Shown here piece by piece: positions 19,964-30,728 of a stretch of 32,000 nucleotides of DNA; position 1 is the first letter of the stretch, and the number at the start of each line of letters is the position of its first letter. Below the pieces are notes generated by a model. The model saw only the letters and a list, made by a program, of their open reading frames with translations, was not told the DNA's origin and did not search any database. The DNA is taken from assembly GCF_000284115.1 (NCBI RefSeq), contig NC_017080.1, positions 1,470,001 to 1,502,000 on the forward strand, in the 5' to 3' direction. A program made the translations under genes and the position numbers. This DNA is from Phycisphaera mikurensis NBRC 102666. GTDB lineage: Bacteria; Planctomycetota; Phycisphaerae; Phycisphaerales; Phycisphaeraceae.

Positions 19964-21148
19964 ATGAACGCTCCCCGCCGCCGCCGTCTCCCCGCCGCGT
20001 TGCTTCTGGCGGGCCTTCTGCCCGCGACCGCCGAGGCTTCGATGTCGACCGGCGACACGCCGGCGCTGGACGTCCGCCTGCTCGACGGCACGAGCCTGCC
20101 ATCGAACGTCTTCGCGGGGCACCCCGTGGTGGTCACCTTCTGGGCCGCCGGCCACCCCGCGAGCGTCGCGGCGCTGGAGTCGCTGGCCGCGCTGCCGCCC
20201 GAGGCGGCCGGCGCCGCCGCGTTCCTGGGCGTCGCGCTCGACGCCGACCTCGCCCTCGCGACCGACGCGGCGGAGCGCGTGGCCGGCGGCGACGCCTGGG
20301 AGCACGCGTTCAACGGACGGCAGGCCGAGCCGGTCGACACGCGCTTCTACGACGCGCCTTATGGGATCCCGGCCGTCTGGCTGCTCGACGGCGACGGCCG
20401 GGTGACCTGGACGGGCCACCCCGACGACCTCGAGCCGGCCCTCGCGGAGGCCGTGACGGCCGCGGGAGACACGCCCGCCTGGGGGCCGGGCGTCCGCGCC
20501 GCCCGCATTGCTTGGGCCGGCGTGCTGGAGGCGGCGGGCAGCCGGCCGGAGGACCTGCTCGACGGAGCCGAGCGGCTGAGCGAGCTCGGCGAGCTCGACG
20601 CGGCCACGGCCGGGCCCGACGCCGCCGCGAACGCCGCGGGCGTGGTGGCCGCGCTCGCGGGCCAGCCCGGCGTCGAGCGGTCGCGGTTGAAGCTCGCCGG
20701 CGACGCCGACCCGAGCGGTGCCCGCGCTCTGATCCGGCTCCGTGAGCTCGCCGGCGACGCCGCCGAGGCCGACGCCGCGGCGCGGCGGACCCGCGTCGAC
20801 ACCTTGGAGGCGGCGCGTCGGGCCGAGGACCGCAACGACGACGCCGCGGCGATGGCGAGCTACGCGGCGCTGGTCGAGGAAGGCCCGGCCGATGCGCCGG
20901 AGGTCATCGCCGCGGCCGAGCGGCTGGAGGTCTTCCGGGCGAAGGGGATGACCGCCGACGCCGCCCGCGCCGAGGCCGACGCGGCGGAGGCGGCGCGGAG
21001 GCTGCTGCTCGCCCGCAACTACGCCGAGAACTTCCGCGAGGAGAACGCGGTGGAAGAGCTCGAAGAGCTGCTGGAGCGCTTCCCCGAGAGCCCGTCGGCG
21101 GCCGAAGCCGCGGAGCTGAAGGCGGAGCTGGAGGCGATGTTGCGGTAG
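19964..21148 (+). CDS. Exported thioredoxin-fold (TlpA/AhpC-like) domain protein with C-terminal helical repeats
   Basis: 394 aa; signal peptide, then LLDGTSLPSNVFAGHPVVVTFWAAGHPASVAALESL and YGIPAVWLLDGDGRVTWTGHP; C-terminal TPR-like region. Confidence 0.75.
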   Translation: MNAPRRRRLPAALLLAGLLPATAEASMSTGDTPALDVRLLDGTSLPSNVFAGHPVVVTFWAAGHPASVAALESLAALPPEAAGAAAFLGVALDADLALATDAAERVAGGDAWEHAFNGRQAEPVDTRFYDAPYGIPAVWLLDGDGRVTWTGHPDDLEPALAEAVTAAGDTPAWGPGVRAARIAWAGVLEAAGSRPEDLLDGAERLSELGELDAATAGPDAAANAAGVVAALAGQPGVERSRLKLAGDADPSGARALIRLRELAGDAAEADAAARRTRVDTLEAARRAEDRNDDAAAMASYAALVEEGPADAPEVIAAAERLEVFRAKGMTADAARAEADAAEAARRLLLARNYAENFREENAVEELEELLERFPESPSAAEAAELKAELEAMLR

Positions 21149-21157
21149 GGCGGGGGG

Positions 21158-21493
21158 GAAGCGGGGAAGCGGGGAAGCGGGGAAGCGGGGAAGCGAAGAA
21201 GTGAGGAAGCGAAGAAGCGAAGAAGCGGAGAAGCGGAGAAGCGGAGAAGCGGGGAAGCGAAGAAGCGAAGAAGCGAAGAAGTGAGGAAGCGAAGAAGCGA
21301 AGAAGTGAGGAAGCGAAGAAGCGAAGAAGTGAGGAAGCGAAGAAGCGAAGAAGCGAAGAAGCGAAGAAGCGCAGAAGCGGAGAAGCGAAGAAGCGGAGAA
21401 GCGGAGAAGCGGAGAAGCGGAGAAGCGGAGAAGCGAAGAAGCGGAGAAGCGGAGAAGTGAGGAAGCGAAGAAGCGAAGAAGCGGGGAAGTGAG
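21158..21493. repeat. Octanucleotide tandem array, 42 units of GAAG(C/T)GNN
   Basis: Strict 8-nt register from GAAGCGGG at 21158 to GAAGTGAG at 21486-21493; variants GAAGCGGG, GAAGCGAA, GAAGCGGA, GAAGCGCA, GAAGTGAG. Confidence 0.95.
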
Positions 21494-21628
21494 GGGAAGG
21501 GGAGGGCGGGAGACGGCTTGGAGGGGTTGGGGTTGGGCGCTGCTGGGTTTTGGTGGGGCATGAGCTTTTGTTGCCTTGTGTGAGGCTCGGCTCGATCTCT
21601 CGCTTTCTCTTCCGGCTTACGCTCCCGC

Positions 21629-22612
21629 ATGCGCACCCGCTCGCTCTACACCGGCGGTCCGGCCGTTCCTGACGTCGGCCTGGGCTGCTGGCAGATCGGC
21701 GGCGGCTGGGCGGGCGACTGGGACGCCGCGGCGGCGGCCGGGGTGCTCGCGGCCGCGTACGACGCGGGCGTCCGCTTCTTCGACACGGCCGACGTGTACG
21801 GCGGCGGCGCGAGCGAGGAGGCGGTGGGGCGCTTCGTCGCGGGTCGCGACGGCTGCGTCGTCGCGACCAAGCTCGGCCGCGCCGCGGGGATCTTCCCCGG
21901 CGGCTACACCGAGGCGGCGCTGCGGTCGGCGACCGAGGCGTCGCTCGATCGGCTCGGCGTGGAGCGGCTGGACCTCACGCAGCTGCACTGCGTGCCAACC
22001 GGCGTGCTCCGGCGCGGCGAGGTCTTCGCGTGGCTGCGGAAGCAGAGGGACGACGGCTTGATCGCCGCCTTCGGGGCCAGCGTGGAGTCGGTGGAGGAGG
22101 GGATGATCTGCCTGCAGGACGGCGGCGTCTCCACGCTGCAGGTCATCTTCAACGCCTTCCGGCAGGACCCCCTCGACGAGCTGCTGGCGACCGCCGCCGC
22201 GGCGGGCGTGGGCGTCATTGTGCGGCTGCCGCTGGCGAGCGGGCTGCTCACCGGCAAGCTGAAGCAGGACACCGCCTTCGGTGCGGGCGATCACCGCGGC
22301 TTCAACCGCGACGGGGCGGCCTTCAACGTGGGCGAGACCTTCGGCGGGATCCCGTACGAGCGGGGCGTGGAGCTGTCCGAACGCTTCGTCGAGATCACCC
22401 GCGACGCCGCGGGCACCCCCGCGCAGCGGGCGCTGCGCTGGGTGCTGGACCACCACGCGGTGTCGGTGGCGATCCCCGGGGCGAGCCGGCCGGCGCAGGC
22501 GCGCGGCAACGCGGCGGCGTCGGAGATGCCGGAGCTCGGCGGAGCGGTGCACGGGCGGCTCGCCGCGCTCTGGCGCGACGAAGTCGCTCCGCACGTGCGG
22601 GGCCCGCGTTGA
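21629..22612 (+). CDS. Aldo/keto reductase
   Basis: 327 aa; VGLGCWQIGGG, GVRFFDTADVYGGGASEEAVG, DLTQLHCVP, ALRWVLDHHAVSVAIPGASRPAQARGN. Confidence 0.93.
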   Translation: MRTRSLYTGGPAVPDVGLGCWQIGGGWAGDWDAAAAAGVLAAAYDAGVRFFDTADVYGGGASEEAVGRFVAGRDGCVVATKLGRAAGIFPGGYTEAALRSATEASLDRLGVERLDLTQLHCVPTGVLRRGEVFAWLRKQRDDGLIAAFGASVESVEEGMICLQDGGVSTLQVIFNAFRQDPLDELLATAAAAGVGVIVRLPLASGLLTGKLKQDTAFGAGDHRGFNRDGAAFNVGETFGGIPYERGVELSERFVEITRDAAGTPAQRALRWVLDHHAVSVAIPGASRPAQARGNAAASEMPELGGAVHGRLAALWRDEVAPHVRGPR

Positions 22613-23394
22613 GCCTCCGCGTCGCGGTGATCCTCGCCGCGGCGGGCTCGGGCTCGCGCTTCGGCGGGCCGGCGACGCCGACGGGGCCGACGAAGGTGGA
22701 GGAGGACCTCGGCGGTCGCCCGGTCTTCGCCTGGTCGCTCGCGCTGCTGCGGGCCCGGGCGGGGGTGGTGTCGGTGGTGCTGGCGGTCGATCCGCGGCGG
22801 CGGGACGCGTTCGCGGCGCGGTGGCCGGCGGAGCTGGCCGACGCGGCCGGCCTCGCCCCGGTCCGGGTGGTCGCCGGCGGCGCCGACCGCGACGCGACGG
22901 TGCGGCTGGCGCTGGCGGCCGTTCCCGAGGACGCCACCCACGCCGCGGTGCACGACGCGGCGCGGCCGGGCATCGACGACGCGTTGCTCGATCGGCTCTT
23001 TGCCGCCGCGGCCGCGGGGCACGACGCGGTGTTCCCCGGGGTGCCCGTGGCCGACACGCTGCGCCGCGTTCAGGCCGCGGGGGGCGGGGTGGCCCGCGCG
23101 GGCGAGACCGTTGATCGCGAGAGCCTGGTGGCGGTGCAGACGCCGCAGCTCTTCGCGATCGGCGTGCTGCGCCGGGCGCACGCGGCCACGCTGCCGGGTC
23201 CGCCCACCGACGATGCCGGCCGCGTCGCCGCCCTCGGCGTCCCGGTGGTCTGCGTGCCCGGTGATCCGCGGAACGTGAAGCTCACGACGCGGGCGGACCT
23301 GGCGACGCTGGAGGCCCGGGTGGCCGATGCTCCGTCGGCATCGGGCCCGCCCGGCGGGCCGGCGAGGGAGCCGGGCCCCGCCGGCCGAGCCTGA
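22609..23394 (+). CDS. ispD: 2-C-methyl-D-erythritol 4-phosphate cytidylyltransferase
   Basis: VAVILAAAGSGSRFGG..PTKVEEDLGGRPVFAWSL, VHDAARPGIDDALLDRL, ETVDRESLVAVQTPQLF, TDDAGRV, GDPRNVKLTTRADL. Probable TTG start at 22609 overlapping the upstream TGA; GTG alternatives exist nearby. Confidence 0.9.
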   Translation: MSLRVAVILAAAGSGSRFGGPATPTGPTKVEEDLGGRPVFAWSLALLRARAGVVSVVLAVDPRRRDAFAARWPAELADAAGLAPVRVVAGGADRDATVRLALAAVPEDATHAAVHDAARPGIDDALLDRLFAAAAAGHDAVFPGVPVADTLRRVQAAGGGVARAGETVDRESLVAVQTPQLFAIGVLRRAHAATLPGPPTDDAGRVAALGVPVVCVPGDPRNVKLTTRADLATLEARVADAPSASGPPGGPAREPGPAGRA

Positions 23395-23413
23395 CGCCCC
23401 GCAGCGACGAAGG

Positions 23414-26062
23414 TCAGCCGCCCGAGGTCTCCACCCGGTTCCGGACCGCCTCGAGACGGCGTCTGTGCAGCGGCTCGTCCGGCTCCAGGCGCACGAGCTG
23501 CTCGACCTGGAAGAGGGCCTCCGCCGGCTCGCCCGCGCGCAGCGCGAGGGCCGCGGCGTCCTCCCGCAGCCCCGCGTCGTAGGGCTGCCGCAGCAGCGCC
23601 GCCTGCGCCGCCGCGAGCGCGGCGGCCGGGCGATCGTCGCGGGAGTACAGCTCCATCAGCAGGCGGGCGCTGCGGGCGGTCATGCCGTCGGAGCGCTCCA
23701 GCACCGAGAGGTGCGCGGCGGCGAGGTCGGCGTTGCCGGCGGCGAGCGCGAGGTCGGCGAGGGCGGTCTGCGGCCACGGGTCGACCGGGCGGGCCAGGGC
23801 GTAACGCTCCACCGCCGCCTCCGCGGCGGCGGGGTTCCCGAAGGCGGCCTCGAGGCGAGCGACCGCCTCGAGCACGTCGGGGTGGCGGGCCTCGGCGGCG
23901 GGGAGCGCCGCGAGCGCCCCGCGGGCGGCGGCGGCCGCGGCCGGGTCGGCGGCCGAGCGGGCCGCCCCGATGGCCGCGGCGGCCTCGCCTTCGGGGGGGG
24001 CCTTGTCGAGGCCCCATCGGGCGACGGCGGCCTCGGCCCAGGGGCGGAAGCGGGCGAGGAAGGCTTCGGGGCCCAGCCCCGTGGACGCCCGCAGCGCCTC
24101 CGCGTCGCCCGCGCCCCGGGCCGCGGCGTCGAGCATCCGCAGCATCGCCGGCCGGCCGTCGACCTCCATCAGGTGCTCGAGCATCCAGGCCGACTGCGCG
24201 TACGCGAGCGGCCGGTCGGTCGGCTTCTCGGGGCGGATGAAGCCCCAGTTGAGGTCCTCGTAGGCGAAGAGCGCGTCCGCCCGCAGGGCGGCCGCGAGCA
24301 GCTTCGCCTGGTCGTACGGCCGCCCGACCGACTCGGCGTTCACCGCCGCCGCCTCGGTCAGCCAGTGGGCGATGCGGTTGCCCGTGCGGTCGAGGGTGAC
24401 GGTGTGGGCGTACTCGTGCCGCAGCACGTTGAGCCAGTGGAAGGCGCCCGCCTGCTCGGGGCCCAGCCTCGGCGGCGTCATCGCGATCACATCGCCGGTG
24501 CAGGCGGCGATCGTCCAGATCTCCGGCCGGCCGGTGATCCGCACGGCGAAGCTCGGGGCGTCGGGCAGCAGGTCGATCTGCGTGGGCCGCGCCGGCTCGT
24601 GGTCGAAGAAGCCGGTGACGTCCGCCCGCATCGGCTCCAGCGCGCGGCCCATGTCGGCGGCGAGCACGGCGTCGGGGCCCGGGGCGTGGCGGATCCGGAA
24701 GTGGGCCGTCTCGATCACCGGCCAGGCCAGCATCCGCTCGAAGAGGTCCAGCGAGTTGGCGGCGTCGGACTGGAAGGGATCCAGGCGGACCGACTCCCGC
24801 AGGGCCGCGACCGCGGCGGGCAGGTCGCCCTGCTGGGCGAGCGTCATGCCCAGCGTGTGGTGCGGGCCGGGGTCGCTCGGCAGGCGGCGGATGGCCTCCC
24901 GCAGCGCCGCCACCGAGGCGGGGTACCGCCGGGCCTCGGACAGCACTTCGCCCAGCACGGCATACGCCGCCGCGCCCCCGGGCGCGGCGGACTCGCACGC
25001 GGCCAGGGCCGCCGCCGCCGCGGGGGACGCGGGGTCGAGGATCGCTTCGGCGGCGGCCCGGAGCGGGAGCAGGTCGATCCGCTCGCCGCCCGCCGCGGCG
25101 ATCACCGCGAGGGCGCCCGCCGGATCGTCGGCCCGCAGGAGCGCCCGCGCCTCGAGCGCGTCGGCAAAGGGGTGCCCGCGGCCGGCTCCCGGGGCTCCGC
25201 CGCCGAGCCGCTGCGTGAGCCCCCGGAGCCGCGCGACCACCGCGTTCACGCGATCGAAGTCGAACCCATCGAGCGCCACCTCGCCGAGCAGCCGCAGCGA
25301 AGCGGCGTCCAGCGGGTCGCGGGCGAGCGCCGCCTCGAGCGCCGAGCCGCCGCCGCCGCGGTTGTCGCGGTCGAACAGCAGCTGCGCTTGGACCCGCCGC
25401 GGGCCGGCCTCCAGCGGGGCGCGCTCCGTGGCCTCGTCCAGCAGCGCCGAGGCGCGGCGCGTCGCTCTCGGACCGGCCACGCCGAGCCGGTCGGCCAGCA
25501 GCAGCGCCTCGGCGTGGATCCGCGGATCCTGCGGCGGGTCGTCGAGCAGCGCCGCCAGCACCCCCGCGGCGTCCCCGTGGCGGCCGACCTCGAAGAGACA
25601 CCCCGCACGCAGCAGGCGCTCGGCCGGCGGCCGCTCCGCCGGGTCCTCCTCCCCGAGGTGCGCCAGCGCCGCCAGCGGGCGGCCGTGCTCCCGCCAGGCG
25701 GCCGCCGCCGGCACCCGGTTGCCGGCGTCGGAGCGAACCGCGGCGGGCCAGGCATCGGGCCGCACGCCCGCGGCACGCAGCAGCGCGGCGGCCTCTTCGG
25801 CGGGCAGCGTGGCCGGGTCCAGGCCCGGCCACCGCCCGTGGGCGATCCGGCGGCGGGCCGCTCGGGGCCCGTCCGCCTCCGCTTCCATCAGCCGCTCCAG
25901 CGCCGCCGGCGCGGGCGGCAACGCCAGCGGCGCTGCGCCCGGGTCCGCCTCCACGCCCGCGGCCGGCACCCGCCAGCAGCACCAGGCGAGCCCGAGCAGG
26001 AGGACCAGGACCGACCGGGGCGGGACGCGAGGCACCGGCGAAGGTAGGCCGCGATCGGGCAC
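23414..26062 (-). CDS. Exported TPR protein with gluzincin (peptidase MA-like) domain
   Basis: 882 aa from a GTG at 26062; signal peptide SVLVLLLGLAWCCWRVPAAG, many TPR-like repeats, HEYAHTVTL..HWLTEAAAV (HExxH plus downstream Glu). Confidence 0.78.
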   Translation of the reverse strand: MPDRGLPSPVPRVPPRSVLVLLLGLAWCCWRVPAAGVEADPGAAPLALPPAPAALERLMEAEADGPRAARRRIAHGRWPGLDPATLPAEEAAALLRAAGVRPDAWPAAVRSDAGNRVPAAAAWREHGRPLAALAHLGEEDPAERPPAERLLRAGCLFEVGRHGDAAGVLAALLDDPPQDPRIHAEALLLADRLGVAGPRATRRASALLDEATERAPLEAGPRRVQAQLLFDRDNRGGGGSALEAALARDPLDAASLRLLGEVALDGFDFDRVNAVVARLRGLTQRLGGGAPGAGRGHPFADALEARALLRADDPAGALAVIAAAGGERIDLLPLRAAAEAILDPASPAAAAALAACESAAPGGAAAYAVLGEVLSEARRYPASVAALREAIRRLPSDPGPHHTLGMTLAQQGDLPAAVAALRESVRLDPFQSDAANSLDLFERMLAWPVIETAHFRIRHAPGPDAVLAADMGRALEPMRADVTGFFDHEPARPTQIDLLPDAPSFAVRITGRPEIWTIAACTGDVIAMTPPRLGPEQAGAFHWLNVLRHEYAHTVTLDRTGNRIAHWLTEAAAVNAESVGRPYDQAKLLAAALRADALFAYEDLNWGFIRPEKPTDRPLAYAQSAWMLEHLMEVDGRPAMLRMLDAAARGAGDAEALRASTGLGPEAFLARFRPWAEAAVARWGLDKAPPEGEAAAAIGAARSAADPAAAAAARGALAALPAAEARHPDVLEAVARLEAAFGNPAAAEAAVERYALARPVDPWPQTALADLALAAGNADLAAAHLSVLERSDGMTARSARLLMELYSRDDRPAAALAAAQAALLRQPYDAGLREDAAALALRAGEPAEALFQVEQLVRLEPDEPLHRRRLEAVRNRVETSGG

Positions 26063-26289
26063 CCGGATCTTTCGGCACCTTCGCACGAAGATCCCGATGC
26101 TCGACCCGATCGCTGCAACCCGCTCGCGGGGTGGTAACCGGAAGAAGCGCTGCCGACGAGCGATGGGAGCAGCCGCGCGTCCAGCGGACAGACCACCGCC
26201 CGAGCGGCGTGACCCCCGGGCATCAACCGGTGTCGAAGGTCGGATCGGAGACGCTTCGGCGTTCCTTCGAGGTGCCCGCCGCGGCGGCG

Positions 26290-26688
26290 TCAGGCCGCTC
26301 GGCGGTGCAGCGCGGCGGTCAGCACGCAGCCCGGGCCGACGCCGCCGCCGAGGCGGTACGGCCGCAGCATCCCCGCGATGGGCCCCGAGAGCGGCCGGCT
26401 GAAGCCCGACCCGGAACCCCCCGCGCGCGAGCCGGGCCGGCGGTGGCACTCCCGCAGCCACCAGCAGAGCGTCGAAGCGACCCACTCGCGCGGGAATTGG
26501 CCCCGCGGCGGCCGCTTCAGACCGCTCCAGCGTTGCGACACGGCATCGGCGATGCGGTCCGCAAGGCGGGCGTAGCGCTTGTCGAATCGCAGGATGCCGC
26601 AGACGACCGCGTGGACCTGCGCAGGCCCGAACGACTCGGAAACAGGCTCGACCCCCGGGCTCTTCACGTTGGAGGTTGGATGGCTCAT
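26290..26688 (-). CDS. Small hypothetical protein
   Basis: 132-aa ORF with ATG and GC-biased third positions (MSHPTSNVKSPGVEPVSESFGPAQVHAVVCGILRFDKRYARLADRIAD...), not overlapped by a better candidate. Confidence 0.5.
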   Translation of the reverse strand: MSHPTSNVKSPGVEPVSESFGPAQVHAVVCGILRFDKRYARLADRIADAVSQRWSGLKRPPRGQFPREWVASTLCWWLRECHRRPGSRAGGSGSGFSRPLSGPIAGMLRPYRLGGGVGPGCVLTAALHRRAA

Positions 26689-26794
26689 GGCAGAAGTATA
26701 GCGAAACGTCCAATCCGGCCAGGTGGCGGCTGCGCGCGGCGGATCGCGCGTCCGCCGTCCGGCGGCAGCGTGTCGCGGCGGCGGCCCGGCGGCT

Positions 26795-27337
26795 TCAGGG
26801 AAGCGAGGTCATCGCCGCCTCCGCGGCGAGCGGCACGCCCTGTGCGGGCTCGAAGTCCACCCGCACGCGCGACGGCCGGTACGCCACGGAGAAGTCGTCC
26901 AGCTCCAGCTCCAGCACGTAGCAGCGGGAGACCGGGTCCCAGTGCTCCGCCTGCTCCTCGGGGGTCGCCACCCGCACGTCCCACGCGTAGAGCGCCTCCC
27001 CCTGCGGCGAGGGTGCCGGCACCAGCACACCCCGCGGGCCCGGACGGGTGGAGACGTCCGGGTCGGCGAGGAGCCGGCACCGCAGCACGCCGACCTCCTT
27101 GACCGGGTCGCCCAGGCCGTCGAGCAGCTCCACACCGAGCGTCAGCCACGACCGCTCGCCCTCCCGCACGAAGCGGGTGGCGGGGTAGATGCGGGCCGAG
27201 ACGGGCGCGGTCGAGAAGAGGCGGTCGGGGTCGCTGGGCATCCGCAGCGGCTCTGCGCGGCGACCCGCGGCCGCGCCGCAGCCCGCCGAAGCGGCGCCCA
27301 GGAGCATCAGGAGCGCGATCCGGCCGACGCGGTTCAC
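26795..27337 (-). CDS. Predicted lipoprotein
   Basis: 180 aa from GTG at 27337; [20 protein letters not shown] lipobox, followed by a soluble domain. Confidence 0.65.
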   Translation of the reverse strand: MNRVGRIALLMLLGAASAGCGAAAGRRAEPLRMPSDPDRLFSTAPVSARIYPATRFVREGERSWLTLGVELLDGLGDPVKEVGVLRCRLLADPDVSTRPGPRGVLVPAPSPQGEALYAWDVRVATPEEQAEHWDPVSRCYVLELELDDFSVAYRPSRVRVDFEPAQGVPLAAEAAMTSLP

Positions 27338-27416
27338 CCCGCGCGGGAGCTGTCGCGGAGCCGACGCCGGTGGAACGCTTGCAATCCCGCCCGACTGCTG
27401 TTTCAATGGGCATTTC

Positions 27417-29033
<1,617 letters not shown>

Positions 29034-29174
29034 GCCGGCGCCCCGGCGTGGGTCCTGATCGGCTGATGCGGCGCCCGCGGCGCACACCCGGGCCCGCCGC
29101 AGCGGCCGCCGCAGGCGACTCGCCACCGGGCTTTGGCGGGGTAGGTTGGGGGGGTGACGCGCCCCCTCCGAACG

Positions 29175-30728
29175 ATGCCCAACCGCCCGATGAAACCCGT
29201 TGCCGCCGGCGTCGTTGCGCCCGCTCGCGCCGCCCGCCGCCCGCGCCTCGCCGGAGCCGGCCGCCGGGCGGCGGCGACGCTCGCGGCGGGTCTGCTCCTC
29301 GCCGCGCTGCCGGGCTGCGGCGGCGGGAGCCGCGTCGGTCCCGACGCCGCTCCCTTCCTCGAGGTCCGGCTGCTCCCCGCCGACGCGTCCCGCGGCCTCG
29401 ACGCGGAGGTGCCGGCCTGGGTGGAGCGGCGCTGGGCGGCGGAGAACCTCGGTGCCGGCGACGACCCGGGGCGGAGGCTCCGCGTGCGGGTCAGCGGCGG
29501 CGACCGGACCCTGCACGAGGGCTGGGTGCGGCTGCCCGAGAACGCGCTGGAGCGGCCGATCAGCGACAGCGGCCCGCTGCCGGTCACCCGCCTCCGCCGC
29601 CCCGCGGTGACGCTCTCGATGGTCGGCCTGTCCGACCGCGGCCGCGTCGCCGAGGGCGTCGCCCAGGCACGCATGAGCCCCGCGTTCCTCGCCGCGCTCG
29701 ACCGGGTCGACCCCTTCGCGACGCTCGACGAGGCGCTCTGGCTCGCGGTGCTCGGGCTCGACGCCGACGCCGTCGACCGGTACGCCGACCGGGTGGACGC
29801 GCTCGACGCCGAGGGCCTCATCGCGCTGCGGGAAGCGGGCATCGGCCCCTCCCGGCTCGAGGAGCTCGACGCGGCGGGCTCCCGCTTCACCGCCGAGGCG
29901 CTCGTGCGGTTGCAGCGGGCGGGCGTCACCCCGGAGACGGCGCTGGAGCTCCGCCAAGAGGGCGTCGCGACCGATCCGGCCGCCATGGAGGTCGCCGCCG
30001 CCGCCCGCCGGCCCGCCCGCGCGCCGGCGGGCCCGTCGTCGGTGCTCCCGCCCACCCCGGCCGACGGCGTGGCCGCTCGCGCCCCGCGCCAGCGCTTGCC
30101 GCCGACTCCCGCGACCGACACCGGCCGCGTCGCGGCGGCCCCCGCGGCGCCCGGCACCGCCGCGGCGACGCCCGCGTCCGCGGCGCCCGCCCCGGTGGCC
30201 GTTCCCGCGCCCGCGACGCCGGAGCCGACGCCCGCGTCCGCGGCGCCCGCGACGGGCACCCCCGCGAGCGGGACCCTCTCAGGAGCGTCCCGGGCCGCGG
30301 ACTCGGCGGCGTCATCGCCGGAGCCGCAGCCGGAGGCGGGCGACGCCGGAGCCGTGCCCGGCCGCTTCGCGGAGCTGATGGGCCGGTTGGGCTACACCCG
30401 GGGCGAGGACCTCCAGCGGCTCTTCCGGGCGCGGGTCGAGCCGCGCAGCGTCCGCGACTTCGTCGACGCGGGCCACAACCCCACCGTCGACGAGCTGGTC
30501 GCCGCCCGCGCCCTCGGCATCGACGGCTCCACCGCGCTGCGGGTGTCGCGTGCCGGCTACCGCTTCAGCGTCGCCGACCTGATCGAGCTCTCCGAGGCGG
30601 GCGCCGACGCGGACTACGCCGTCGCCCTCGCCGATCCCCGCTTCCCGCCGCTCTCCAAGGATCAGCTGCTCGATCTGAAGAGCCGCGGCGTCACGCCGGA
30701 GCAGGTGCAGGCGATCCGCAACCGCTGA
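29175..30728 (+). CDS. Predicted lipoprotein with Pro/Ala linker and short helical repeats
   Basis: Lipobox ALPGC after hydrophobic segment AAATLAAGLLLAALPGC; repeated AGxxxxxxxLxxLxxxGVxPExxxxLR-like units; start could be 29154 (GTG), 29175 or 29190. Confidence 0.65.
   Translation: MPNRPMKPVAAGVVAPARAARRPRLAGAGRRAAATLAAGLLLAALPGCGGGSRVGPDAAPFLEVRLLPADASRGLDAEVPAWVERRWAAENLGAGDDPGRRLRVRVSGGDRTLHEGWVRLPENALERPISDSGPLPVTRLRRPAVTLSMVGLSDRGRVAEGVAQARMSPAFLAALDRVDPFATLDEALWLAVLGLDADAVDRYADRVDALDAEGLIALREAGIGPSRLEELDAAGSRFTAEALVRLQRAGVTPETALELRQEGVATDPAAMEVAAAARRPARAPAGPSSVLPPTPADGVAARAPRQRLPPTPATDTGRVAAAPAAPGTAAATPASAAPAPVAVPAPATPEPTPASAAPATGTPASGTLSGASRAADSAASSPEPQPEAGDAGAVPGRFAELMGRLGYTRGEDLQRLFRARVEPRSVRDFVDAGHNPTVDELVAARALGIDGSTALRVSRAGYRFSVADLIELSEAGADADYAVALADPRFPPLSKDQLLDLKSRGVTPEQVQAIRNR

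Noticed and set aside
17221-20745. 1174-aa + strand ORF across E2, DUF421 and purE
   Set aside because: Arg/Gly-rich alternative frame crossing three well-supported genes on both strands.
21158-21493. CRISPR array
   Set aside because: Repeat unit is 8 nt with no unique spacers, no 24-40-nt direct repeats and no cas genes; it is a simple tandem array.
27370-27395. Sigma-54 promoter before the GAF-AAA activator (TGGAACGCTTGC)
   Set aside because: Spacing between TGG and TTGC is too short for a -24/-12 element.
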